64,000 bases of DNA from Nitrospirota bacterium (GTDB lineage: Bacteria > Nitrospirota > UBA9217). Every line of letters begins with the position of its first letter. Position 1 is the first letter of the stretch. The notes under the pieces were generated by a model. The model was not told the origin of the DNA. It did not search any database and was given only the letters and a program-made list of their open reading frames with translations. The position numbers and the translations under genes are program-made. The stretch lies in contig OY760142.1 of NCBI GenBank assembly GCA_963663225.1, positions 160,001 through 224,000 of the forward strand, read 5' to 3'. This document shows positions 49,909 to 59,266 of the stretch, piece after piece.

Positions 49909-51028
49909 GGGTGGTCAACTTAAACAATTTTTTCGCGAAATCTTTTATACTGAAAATAGACTGTAATAATTGTCCTTTATAACTTTTATTAAATGCACAT
50001 ACTATGACATGTTTTCTCTCGTTTTCCTTCGCCCATATTCGCTTCCATGTCATGGAGGGTCCGAGAAAATCAAATTCAGTTATGTTACGCTTGAAGACGG
50101 CATCAAATTGCATCCATTTAAGCGTGTTGCCTACTCCGAATTCATGGTATGTTTCGTCAAATTCAGTTTTTAAATCATACAAGGTGTTTTCATACAGCAG
50201 ACAAAAGTCAAAAACAACGGGTGTATTTCCGGCATAAAGAATATAAAGCTCCAACCATGCTTCCCGTGCAGCGGTATACGCCAAGTCACGGTAAAAAGAT
50301 TTTAGTAATGGTGTCGAAGAAAGAGCCGTGCCCTCCCTGGCTTTCCAGCTTTTTGCAGCAATTGTGAATACATCATCAAGTGCTTTATCCAACTCAGATG
50401 AGTCCTTATAGGAGATAAGTTTTACAGGACCGTTTTCCTCTAGTTTTTTAAACCTGCTGTTCAAACCTCTCTTAAATCGTGGCTGAAGGTTCTTAATATA
50501 GTCATCCCAGCAGTTCGTTATGGGTATATACGGCGTCGACATTTGAAAATACTGTTTGCAGGAAATGTCTTTTTTCTTCAAAGACGCTAAAAAGTGCTTT
50601 TTAGCAGGTGAATCGTCGTAAAAATACTCAAGATTCAGTAAATCCCATGTTTCGCCATATTCATTCAGCAAGCATGAGACTATAACATCGCATGCTTGTT
50701 CTGGCTTATCACTTAATATTAGATCTGCTCTGTTTGAATGAACATTTGCTATAAATTCAATTTTGTTTGCGTTCAGTGTTGTGTTTGTTTTGCCAATGAC
50801 AGTATATGGTCCTTGGTTGAACATAAAAGGAGCTATCGCAATAAGTTCGTTTTTATCATATACAAGTATGATAAAGAGCTTATTTTCGGACCGGAAGGCT
50901 CTCCACCATGCATCCATCCATTCGTGAGTTAGAAAAACAAAGGGGTGAAGACTTCGTTTTAGCAAGTTGTTCCAAGCATTCTTAATCTCCAAAAAATCTT
51001 CATATGTATTTATGACGTGAACCTTCAT
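49901..51028 (-). CDS. GNAT acyltransferase (CelD/BcsL, Acetyltransf_6-like) #1
   Basis: FLTHEWMDAWW, LIAIAPF, GVGNTL and EFDFLG motifs. Confidence 0.82.
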   Translation of the reverse strand: MKVHVINTYEDFLEIKNAWNNLLKRSLHPFVFLTHEWMDAWWRAFRSENKLFIILVYDKNELIAIAPFMFNQGPYTVIGKTNTTLNANKIEFIANVHSNRADLILSDKPEQACDVIVSCLLNEYGETWDLLNLEYFYDDSPAKKHFLASLKKKDISCKQYFQMSTPYIPITNCWDDYIKNLQPRFKRGLNSRFKKLEENGPVKLISYKDSSELDKALDDVFTIAAKSWKAREGTALSSTPLLKSFYRDLAYTAAREAWLELYILYAGNTPVVFDFCLLYENTLYDLKTEFDETYHEFGVGNTLKWMQFDAVFKRNITEFDFLGPSMTWKRIWAKENERKHVIVCAFNKSYKGQLLQSIFSIKDFAKKLFKLTTHG

Positions 51029-51039
51029 TTCATGGTATT

Positions 51040-52185
51040 TCAGGATTTTTTGGCGATATATGCAGTCTGGCTGGGCAAACCGGCACTTCTAAATAGTTTT
51101 TTTGCTGAGCATTTTATACGATATAAAATATTCGAGAGCGTACCATTTATTGTTTTGTTATAAAGAGTAACCGTAAACAAAGGACGGCCATCTTTGGTCC
51201 AGCCGCTTTTATATTCCTCGCTTCCCTGTAAGAAGTTATACTCTGTATTGCCGTTTTGAAAGGCTTCTTTGATTGCCTCAAATACAATAGCTTTGCCCGG
51301 TCCAAACCGCTCCCATTTTACGTCCATTCCCTTCTGATAGGAAAATATGCGTCCTTGATAGTTAAAATTATAAGAAGCGGCAATGACGTCTTTTTTGTTT
51401 CGCAAAAACCTCATGGAAATCCAACCGGAGTTGTTTATGCGTTTTGACAAAGCCTTGTGGAATTCGAGAATCGCGGCATCATTAAAGGTGCTGCGGATTT
51501 TTTTTCTACTGGATCTGCTCGCATGAATAGCAAACAAGGTATCAAATGCTTCAGGTTCGGCCAGCGGGTCACACGATTCATATGAGAAGCCCTGCGCTTC
51601 CAGTTTCTTTTTTCTGCTTTTCAGGTTGTATCTTTGTTTGGAATCAAGGGTATTTACAAAATCTTCAAAGCTGCCGTGCAACGGAATAAAGTAAGCGTAG
51701 GAATCCTGCCGGATATTGTAACAGAGGCCGTTCCTGTAATCAGCGCGGTCCTGTTTAGTCCATGAAATAAAGTTGCTGCCCTCAGCAAACAGTCGCAAAT
51801 CAAGAACGTCCCATTCTCTATATTCAGAATACAGGAAATTACAGAGTGCTTCGATGCATGCTTTCGCGTTTTCTTTTGATGCAATAACATCAAGATGGTC
51901 AGGATACAGCTCCCTGCAGCCGCAATAGGTTAATACACGGCCGACAGTACATTCTCTGTTCAAACAAATATTATACGAAGCAAGCGGGAGTATGCCTTTA
52001 AGTTCGGAATCCTCATACACAAATAAAATGAGAGGCATATAGCTTTCACCAAACTGTTCCCACCAGGTATATATCCATTCCCAGGTGCAGAAGATTGATG
52101 GAATCGGCATCGAAGCCGCCAAACAGTTCCAGGCGTCCCTGCTGTTTTCGAATTCCTTCTCAGTTGCGATCTTTACTGTATACAT
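51040..52185 (-). CDS. GNAT acyltransferase (CelD/BcsL-like) #2
   Basis: FCTWEWIYTWW, PDHLD, FGPGK and YNFLQGSEEYK motifs. Confidence 0.85.
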   Translation of the reverse strand: MYTVKIATEKEFENSRDAWNCLAASMPIPSIFCTWEWIYTWWEQFGESYMPLILFVYEDSELKGILPLASYNICLNRECTVGRVLTYCGCRELYPDHLDVIASKENAKACIEALCNFLYSEYREWDVLDLRLFAEGSNFISWTKQDRADYRNGLCYNIRQDSYAYFIPLHGSFEDFVNTLDSKQRYNLKSRKKKLEAQGFSYESCDPLAEPEAFDTLFAIHASRSSRKKIRSTFNDAAILEFHKALSKRINNSGWISMRFLRNKKDVIAASYNFNYQGRIFSYQKGMDVKWERFGPGKAIVFEAIKEAFQNGNTEYNFLQGSEEYKSGWTKDGRPLFTVTLYNKTINGTLSNILYRIKCSAKKLFRSAGLPSQTAYIAKKS

Positions 52186-53326
52186 TTTTTATCAGTTTCT
52201 TGCCCGGTTTAATGACCCGTTGTGACAGGTAATGTACCGCCCTATTGGAGACGTTATTTTTCTTAATAAAAAGCGAGAAATTAAACCGAGTATTGTTTGC
52301 CCAGAAGTATTTATATTTTTCATCGCCCCGGAGAAAATCAAACTCAGAACATCTCTCGGAAAAAGCTTTTTCGATCATCAGGGATAACAGAACCGTGCCC
52401 GCACTTTTTTCTTCCCCGTGCGCGGACAGTCCTGTTTGGTAATAGTAGTATTTGTTGTTGTACTTTATACAATAATAAAAAGCCTGATAAACCGACTCCT
52501 TCAGGAGAAAGGCAATAATTATTTTGTTTTCATTCAGTAAGTAGCCAACCAAGGATTCGTGGAAACTATAGACCTTGTCTCCTCTGAAGGCAGTCGGATA
52601 ATTTTTTCTTTTTGCACGTTCCGCATGAAGCAAGAATAAAGTCTTCAGGTAGTGCTGCAGATTACCGGATTGGCTGTCCAGAATGCGGCATTTCCAGTTT
52701 TCCTTTTCCAGCAGATTTTTTTTCTTGCGCAGAAGTGTATTGCGTGTTTTTCCTGAAAAAGAACCGAGAAAGTCCTCAAAAGTTTTATCGATAGTCAGAT
52801 AGGGGCAACGAGAGTCCGCGTTGCATTCAATGAGTAATTTTAGGAGCCCGTTTCGATGATCCGAAAGATACTTTTTTATGCAGGAGTTTTCATGCACGCC
52901 TTCCAGTGTTATTTCATCCCATTCCATCTCATGCGTCTGTAGATAATCAAATACCAGCTTCGGGAAAAGGTGTTCAACTCTTCTATCGCAAAGAATGTCG
53001 AGATGATCGGGAGCAGTCTCGGAAGAGGAGCAGAATTTGACTGTATTGCGTCGGACACCGAAATATCTTTTTTTCTCGATATAAAACGGCGCAATCCCGA
53101 CTAGTTGCCCTTGTGTGTCATAACCACAGACAATAAGTAGTTCTTTCTTTTCGTTTTTAAACGTATTCCACCAGGAAAACATCCACTCCCAAGACAAAAA
53201 GAATTCATTCGTAACGCTTCTGTTCAGGAGTTCGTTCCATTGTTCCCGCAGAAAAGTAAAATCTTTTTCCGAGAGCCGTTTTATAAAAAGAGATTTCACT
53301 TCTATGTCTGACTTCGTTGTTATCAT
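52160..53326 (-). CDS. GNAT acyltransferase (CelD/BcsL-like) #3
   Basis: FLSWEWMFSWW, PDHLD, SAGTVL and FDFLRGDEKYK motifs. Confidence 0.85.
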   Translation of the reverse strand: MITTKSDIEVKSLFIKRLSEKDFTFLREQWNELLNRSVTNEFFLSWEWMFSWWNTFKNEKKELLIVCGYDTQGQLVGIAPFYIEKKRYFGVRRNTVKFCSSSETAPDHLDILCDRRVEHLFPKLVFDYLQTHEMEWDEITLEGVHENSCIKKYLSDHRNGLLKLLIECNADSRCPYLTIDKTFEDFLGSFSGKTRNTLLRKKKNLLEKENWKCRILDSQSGNLQHYLKTLFLLHAERAKRKNYPTAFRGDKVYSFHESLVGYLLNENKIIIAFLLKESVYQAFYYCIKYNNKYYYYQTGLSAHGEEKSAGTVLLSLMIEKAFSERCSEFDFLRGDEKYKYFWANNTRFNFSLFIKKNNVSNRAVHYLSQRVIKPGKKLIKNVYSKDRN

Positions 53327-53366
53327 GAGAATATCGCTATCGCCGCCTCTTTTGCGCTGTTGACGG

Positions 53367-54521
53367 TCAGTTTTCTCTGGTGAGAATTACCTGTTTAAAG
53401 ATTGTCTCATAATTTTCTATCATATGTTCCAGGCTGAATTTTTCTTCCACCCTTTTTTTTGCGGCCGTGCTGAACTGTTGCGCCGTTATCGGATCATCCA
53501 AGATGGACCAGATGGCTTCCGCCAGCGCGTGGGAATCTCCGGGCGGGACCAAAAAACCCGTCTCACCCTGGACAACTGCTTCGGCATTGCCGCCGACCGT
53601 TGTTGCCACTACCGGCTTGGAAGAAGCCATGTATTCCAAAATCGTGTTTGAAAAACCTTCACTTAATGAAGCCACAACGGCAACATCGAATATGGAAATT
53701 ATTTCCGGAACATCTCTGCGCCTTCCCAGAAAATGCACATTCCGGGAAACACCAAGTTTTTCGGCCATTGTCTGCATACTGCTGATTGAATAACCCATGT
53801 CAGTTGTATCACTGCCGGCGATGAGAAACTCAACATCGGATCTTCTTTTGCAAATACGCGAAGCGGCCTCAATGAGATACGTAATGCCTTTTATGCGGCG
53901 AAGATTTGCGACGAGTCCCACTACCGGATGAGCAGGGTCAATACCGATTTCTTTTTTAATATCTGAGCACGTTCTGCGGCACGTATTGTATTCCCGCAAA
54001 TCAACTCCATTGTAAATCGAAACTATCCGTTTTTCAGGAAACCAGCCTTGTTTAACTATCTCCTGTTTGACTGCATCGCATACGGTTATCTCCCGATCAA
54101 AAAAACCACCGATAAGTTTGTACGCCATCTTATGATGCGAGCGCGTTTTGAAGCCCATGTCTCTTCTGCTTGAAATAACCGGAATATTGCATGCTTTAGC
54201 AAGGATTAAGCCGTAAAAATCTGAAGTTTCGTGATACGTTACGATGAGCGAAATATTCTTATTTTTAATCAACCTGCGCAGAAAAAAGATATTTTTTATC
54301 CCATTGACAGTATAGATCCCACCCCGCAAAAGGTCAAAGACTGAGTGGCCTTCTTCGCGCATTTCCTGAGCAAGCTGGCCGGAATAGATGCAAGCCATGT
54401 AAAGATTAAATTTCTCTTTATCAATACCTTTTAGCAGCTGTGTAATATTGCGTTCAGATCCCGCCATTCCCATGAACGTGTCAGTCAGGATCAGCACATT
54501 ATATTTATTTGTCATTTCCAT
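53367..54521 (-). CDS. Glycosyltransferase family 4
   Basis: AGSER; IKG; EGFSNTILEYMA (EX7E motif). Confidence 0.9.
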   Translation of the reverse strand: MEMTNKYNVLILTDTFMGMAGSERNITQLLKGIDKEKFNLYMACIYSGQLAQEMREEGHSVFDLLRGGIYTVNGIKNIFFLRRLIKNKNISLIVTYHETSDFYGLILAKACNIPVISSRRDMGFKTRSHHKMAYKLIGGFFDREITVCDAVKQEIVKQGWFPEKRIVSIYNGVDLREYNTCRRTCSDIKKEIGIDPAHPVVGLVANLRRIKGITYLIEAASRICKRRSDVEFLIAGSDTTDMGYSISSMQTMAEKLGVSRNVHFLGRRRDVPEIISIFDVAVVASLSEGFSNTILEYMASSKPVVATTVGGNAEAVVQGETGFLVPPGDSHALAEAIWSILDDPITAQQFSTAAKKRVEEKFSLEHMIENYETIFKQVILTREN

Positions 54522-54545
54522 AATTTCAACACATTTTTAGCAAAA

Positions 54546-55244
54546 TTACTTTTCTTCTTGTTTTTTGTCTATGGTGTCTGGTTTTGTGCCAGATGATTCT
54601 TGGTTCGGTTTCGAGAAATCGACGGAAAGCAAATGACATTTTAAATCTTTTCTGAATGTTTTCGAGGCCATGATATCCTGCACTTCGAATTTATTCTTAC
54701 CTTTAAATAAATAGTCAAACTTCGTCAGGCCCTGTCGCTCCCATTCCATGAGGCATTTTTGCTTATATTTTTCTACTGTTGAAACACGTATTGCGGGATT
54801 TCCTATCATGATACTGCCCGGTTTTACATCGTTGATAACCGTAGCATAGGGGCCGATGATTGAATTTTTTCCAATTCTAACTCCGGCGGATATAGTAGCA
54901 TGAGCTCCTATAAAGCAATTATCTTCTATGATGACTTTTCCAAAAAAACGTAAATGCGGGAGCTCGTCTCTGAAAATTACGCTCGCGCCGTCATGCGTCA
55001 TGAGATCCACGCCATACGCTATGGAAACACTATCGCCGATTTCAACCAGATAAGGTTCTGAACTCAAGCTTCTAATTTGAAGAAAACAATTTTTCCCGAC
55101 TATTGCGCCCTGTTTTCTGAATTTTTCTGCAATCGTAACGTCATTGTAGCGGAATCGTTCGTAAATTCTGTGAAGAATGTAAGCAACCATGTACAAGGGT
55201 GCGAGCAAAATTCTTAGCTTTTTACAGTACATAGACACCTGCAA
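54546..55244 (-). CDS. Hexapeptide-repeat (left-handed beta-helix) acyltransferase
   Basis: SEPYLVEIGD, THDG, IEDNCFIG, GVRIGKNSIIG and GNPA motifs. Confidence 0.88.
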   Translation of the reverse strand: MQVSMYCKKLRILLAPLYMVAYILHRIYERFRYNDVTIAEKFRKQGAIVGKNCFLQIRSLSSEPYLVEIGDSVSIAYGVDLMTHDGASVIFRDELPHLRFFGKVIIEDNCFIGAHATISAGVRIGKNSIIGPYATVINDVKPGSIMIGNPAIRVSTVEKYKQKCLMEWERQGLTKFDYLFKGKNKFEVQDIMASKTFRKDLKCHLLSVDFSKPNQESSGTKPDTIDKKQEEK

Positions 55245-55273
55245 TATCCATTAAATTTTTTACCGCAAACGCA

Positions 55274-56371
55274 CTATTTAACGTCGCAACGGAAATTTCC
55301 CGAATAATCCACGCTACCATTTTTGGCGAGTACCACGAGGTTCATTTTTCTAAAACTCGGCACTAAACCCAGCGGTGCATAATCTTCAAAATTCAGATAT
55401 GTTGCATTTTCAAATACTACTCCCTTCGCGTTCATCTCTTCCGCACGTTTTACGGCTTCATACAGGAGTGCTGCTATATGCGGCATGCTGCATTCTTTAA
55501 AAGGATTTACAATCAGGAAGTCGACAACAATAAAAAATTGTGTTTTGCTTTCCTTGATCGTTTCTAACGGATAAAAATTTATAAAAGCGTTTATTTCACC
55601 ATCGCGTTCTACTACAAAAGTTCTGTGCGTGGGATGGCCAAAACAGTAGTGTTTGAGCTGATCTTCCGCCATGGTCAGCATAAAATGCGGTGCATCGGGA
55701 ATTTTATTAAACAATTGCGTCAACTGTCCGGCATCAGCTTCTTCTGCAATTCTTATTCTGGCAGAACCGGGCAACGGAGAATTGTCTTGCAGGTATTTTT
55801 TCAAACGTGCGGGCATGACTACACACTGGTTGAATGTTGAATAAGTTTTTCGCTTCACCTGAAAATATTTTGCCGACAGTTTATCACCTATGCTTTTTAA
55901 TGGCTTTCCTTCTTCAATATAGGCAAATGTCGCGCTGCAGTCGGGCTCATAGAAATCTGCATCAGGGTGAAATAAATGAGTATGTTCGGCCAACTGCATT
56001 ACACAATCCATCCTGTGGCGTAAATCAAGCCGGGGAGAAACTGCAAGGTGGGTGTTTAAATATGAATTCATTACATTCCCATTACAGATCATTTTTCTAG
56101 GGAGAAAACTCTGAAAGGCCACTAATTCATCATCAAGGAACGCTCCAAGAAGTATGTTTTTGTCAGTATTGGGTCCTCCATACAACCACAGTAAATAGTC
56201 CTGGGGAAATACCGGGCTTCCTGTTTTGCCGTACAATTGGCTCCAGATAGAATTCAAAAATGTGCCTATTTTCTGCATTTCTTGCAATGAAAGACGCGAA
56301 AATTTCAGCAATCGTTCATGCCGCAGCAATTTTATAAAAGAAGTAAGTGGTTGTCCGTTTTTAATTTGCAT
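55274..56371 (-). CDS. Tandem-GNAT acyltransferase resembling glycylpeptide N-myristoyltransferase (NMT)
   Basis: Colinear NMT-like segments FPQDYLLWLYGGP, LVAFQSFLP, THLAVSPRL, RIAEEADAGQLTQLF, MAEDQLKHY and TFVVERDGEINAFINFY (compared from memory). Confidence 0.6.
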   Translation of the reverse strand: MQIKNGQPLTSFIKLLRHERLLKFSRLSLQEMQKIGTFLNSIWSQLYGKTGSPVFPQDYLLWLYGGPNTDKNILLGAFLDDELVAFQSFLPRKMICNGNVMNSYLNTHLAVSPRLDLRHRMDCVMQLAEHTHLFHPDADFYEPDCSATFAYIEEGKPLKSIGDKLSAKYFQVKRKTYSTFNQCVVMPARLKKYLQDNSPLPGSARIRIAEEADAGQLTQLFNKIPDAPHFMLTMAEDQLKHYCFGHPTHRTFVVERDGEINAFINFYPLETIKESKTQFFIVVDFLIVNPFKECSMPHIAALLYEAVKRAEEMNAKGVVFENATYLNFEDYAPLGLVPSFRKMNLVVLAKNGSVDYSGNFRCDVK

Positions 56372-56421
56372 GTATTATGTCCAAGATGTCGCCATGGTCG
56401 CTCAAGGTGAATTATTTCGGT

Positions 56422-58050
56422 CTATTTGTCCGACGTTCCGTAAACGCTGCTGAGCAGCGCTCTGTCTATTTTCTTGCTTTTATTTTTGGGAAGCTGTTCG
56501 AGTCTGACAAGATGCTGCGGGATCATATATCGGGGCAGGCTCTTTTTCAGGTTGTGGTGAATCTCTTCATGGCAGTCCGCGGCCGCCTCGTAAACAAGTT
56601 TGAGTGACTTAATTTCACCGTTTTCCCGGACCGGGATGACAACATTACCCGTCACTGAATCAACTTTTGAAACAACTCTCTCGATTTCCTGCAAATTGAT
56701 TCGATATCCGAAAAATTTGATCTGACTGTCCTTGCGGCCATGGATGCAGTAGCCGACCCCGGGAATAAAAGACGCGACATCCCCGGTCCTGTAAAACGGC
56801 ACCCCGTGCTCATCCCTTCCAAAAACCTTGTTCGTTTTGTCAGGATCATTCCAATATCCGATAGACAAATGAGGAGAATGGACGATGAGCTCTCCTCGCT
56901 CTTCATTTTCCGGGAAGTCGGTTTTGTCAAGCGTGAAACGGATTCCCATGATCGGGAAACCGATGGGAACGGCGCCTCCGTCCTCGCCCTTGTAATCGTT
57001 CAGCGAGAAAACAGCCATCAGTGACGATTCAGTAGATCCATAGCCGTTGATAAACTTTGCGTTGGGCAGCATGGCCATCACAGTTGCCAAAATATTCCGG
57101 TTGGCGGGTTCTCCGCCGAGCAAAACAGTTTTTAGCCCCTGAAGATGCTCCGGCTTGATCAGACCGCTGTTTACGAGAGCGTTCAGCGTCGAGGTGACCA
57201 GCAGCGTTCTGGTGACTTTGTACGTATATGTAAGGTCCAGAATGTCCTTCGGAAAAATTACTTCTTCTGGGTAAACAGCAAGTGTTCCACCTGAACACAG
57301 CGGTGGAAATATGTCAGCGGTTGAGGCGGAGAATGCGGTTGCATTCAGCCCACTGGTCACGTCATCCACGTTATAACCCAGGGTATCGATCACCCACTGG
57401 ACATTCTTGAAAATATTGCCGTGGGGAATCATGACGCCTTTCGGCTCGCCGGTGGAGCCTGACGTGAAATAAATCATCGCCAGATCATTCGGCAAAAGGT
57501 CTACTTTTTGTGGATCATCCCGCCGCGCGCTTCCGAACGGCAATTTGACGAAATCGCGTTCTTCGCCATCGTCAAGCAGAACGGCCTGAAAACGCCCTGG
57601 AGATAGTTCCGCACATTTTCTGAACAGGTCAGCTGAAAAGCGGTCGGCAAAAACGCGAAGCGGCGATATTTCAATCAATAAATCAGTCAGTCTGGCCGGC
57701 GGTGTTTTGGTGTCCAGAGGAACAACGACTCCTCCCGCTCTTATGATGCCGATCATGGCGGCATACAGATAGATTGACCTGTTCATCATGAGTGCGACAC
57801 GATCGCCTTTTTTCAGACCACTCTCCTGCAGATACTGTGAAACATCGAGAGTCAGTTCGCGCAGTTCATGATAGGTCCATGCTTTGTCATACAGCCGTAT
57901 CGCGGCTTTTGATGCGTGCAAAGCAAACATCTTATCGAGCAGATCCATGATGGTAGAAACGGCTGATTGATTTTCTGCTTGTTTCTGGTTTATCGCGGTG
58001 TTTTTTTCCATGGGATTCTTTTTGACAATTGCATTGTCCTGAAGTTCCAT
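56422..58050 (-). CDS. Stand-alone adenylation-domain (DltA/NRPS-like) carrier-protein ligase
   Basis: A3 YFTSGSTGEPKGV; A5 NGYGSTE; A7 YRTGD; A8 GRKDSQIK..GYRI; A10 KIDR. Start moved to MELQD, just after the upstream stop. Confidence 0.88.
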   Translation of the reverse strand: MELQDNAIVKKNPMEKNTAINQKQAENQSAVSTIMDLLDKMFALHASKAAIRLYDKAWTYHELRELTLDVSQYLQESGLKKGDRVALMMNRSIYLYAAMIGIIRAGGVVVPLDTKTPPARLTDLLIEISPLRVFADRFSADLFRKCAELSPGRFQAVLLDDGEERDFVKLPFGSARRDDPQKVDLLPNDLAMIYFTSGSTGEPKGVMIPHGNIFKNVQWVIDTLGYNVDDVTSGLNATAFSASTADIFPPLCSGGTLAVYPEEVIFPKDILDLTYTYKVTRTLLVTSTLNALVNSGLIKPEHLQGLKTVLLGGEPANRNILATVMAMLPNAKFINGYGSTESSLMAVFSLNDYKGEDGGAVPIGFPIMGIRFTLDKTDFPENEERGELIVHSPHLSIGYWNDPDKTNKVFGRDEHGVPFYRTGDVASFIPGVGYCIHGRKDSQIKFFGYRINLQEIERVVSKVDSVTGNVVIPVRENGEIKSLKLVYEAAADCHEEIHHNLKKSLPRYMIPQHLVRLEQLPKNKSKKIDRALLSSVYGTSDK

Positions 58051-58054
58051 CGCT

Positions 58055-59266
58055 TTACACGACAATTTCAGCAGGCAGCGCGTGACTGAGAAAATGAAGC
58101 GGGCTTGCTGAAAAACCATATGCTCCTGAATTAAAGAAGAGGAGAACGTCGCCTTCCTCGATGTCGGCAGCCAGTTCAATATCAGTTGCCAATACATCGT
58201 CGGGAATGCAAAGGCTGCCGGTTATTGTGTACCTGATTTCAGCACCGGATTTTTCCTCTCCTGACAGTGTATCAATCTCGTAGTTACGCCGTATTACCTG
58301 TCCAATACCGCCGGCCGCCGCATAGTGTTGATGCATACCGCCGTCAACGACAAGAAATTCACGAGCGTAGCCCTTCTTGCGATACAACACGTGAACCGCG
58401 TAAAGCCCGCATTCCGCCACCAGAAAGCGGCCTGGCTCGATGATGAACGTGGTGTTTCTGAGCGGAGCCGTAAGCTCTTCATCGGCAAAAAGTCTGGAGA
58501 GACCTTCCCTAAGCGCCGCAAGATCGAGCGGGGGTTTTTTCCCGAACATATCTATCCCCCAGCCGCCGCCAAAGTTTATTTTTTCGATGACAATTCCGTA
58601 TTTGTTCGCAATTTCGACGCTTTTTTCGAGAATAAAGCGATAATTGCTCAAAATCTTGTCTGATTCCTGATATTGTGAACCAAGATGCAGGTGCAGGCCC
58701 CGGAAGCGGAGCATCTCCGGGTGGGATTTGATTACGGCAATGGCTTCCTCCAACTGGTCTTCAGGAATGCCGAACTGGGTATCTCCTCCCATCTTCATGG
58801 CTGAGGCCGCAGGACGCGTTTTGGGGTTTACCCTGATGCCCACGTTTCCGGCTTTCTTTTTTGCGCGGCAAAGTTTCGCTATCGTGTGTATTTCTGAAAC
58901 GCTTTCAGCATTTATGCAGGAAACACCGGCATCGATCGCCTGCGATAATTCATCAAGGGTTTTTCCGGGACCGGTGAATTCTATGCTATCTGACGAAAAT
59001 CCGGCAATCAGTGCCGCCGCGAGTTCCCCCCCCGAGGCCACGTCGGCACCCATGCCAAGTGCGTTCATTGTTCTTAAGATGTCATTATTGGGATTGGCCT
59101 TGAACGCATAATGGATTTTGAAATGCTCTGGCAGACAATCTGACAGGTCACGATACTTTTTTTCAATGACCTTTTTAAAATAACAAAAAACCGGAAGCTT
59201 TCTCCCATCAAGAAAAGCGAGAAGTTCCGATTTTGGTATCAGCTTGTAAAATTCTTGCTTGTTCAT
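58055..59266 (-). CDS. Fold-type III PLP-dependent decarboxylase (BtrK-like / exosortase-A-system-associated type)
   Basis: HYAFKANP, DVASGGE, FTGPGK, HLGSQ, EPGRFLV, GSLCIPDD and GAYG motifs. Confidence 0.88.
   Translation of the reverse strand: MNKQEFYKLIPKSELLAFLDGRKLPVFCYFKKVIEKKYRDLSDCLPEHFKIHYAFKANPNNDILRTMNALGMGADVASGGELAAALIAGFSSDSIEFTGPGKTLDELSQAIDAGVSCINAESVSEIHTIAKLCRAKKKAGNVGIRVNPKTRPAASAMKMGGDTQFGIPEDQLEEAIAVIKSHPEMLRFRGLHLHLGSQYQESDKILSNYRFILEKSVEIANKYGIVIEKINFGGGWGIDMFGKKPPLDLAALREGLSRLFADEELTAPLRNTTFIIEPGRFLVAECGLYAVHVLYRKKGYAREFLVVDGGMHQHYAAAGGIGQVIRRNYEIDTLSGEEKSGAEIRYTITGSLCIPDDVLATDIELAADIEEGDVLLFFNSGAYGFSASPLHFLSHALPAEIVV

Noticed and set aside
58055-59266. Calling the decarboxylase lysA
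   Set aside because: The ACP/ligase context and motif variants (MGG..QFG, DGGMHQH) fit the BtrK-like subgroup better.
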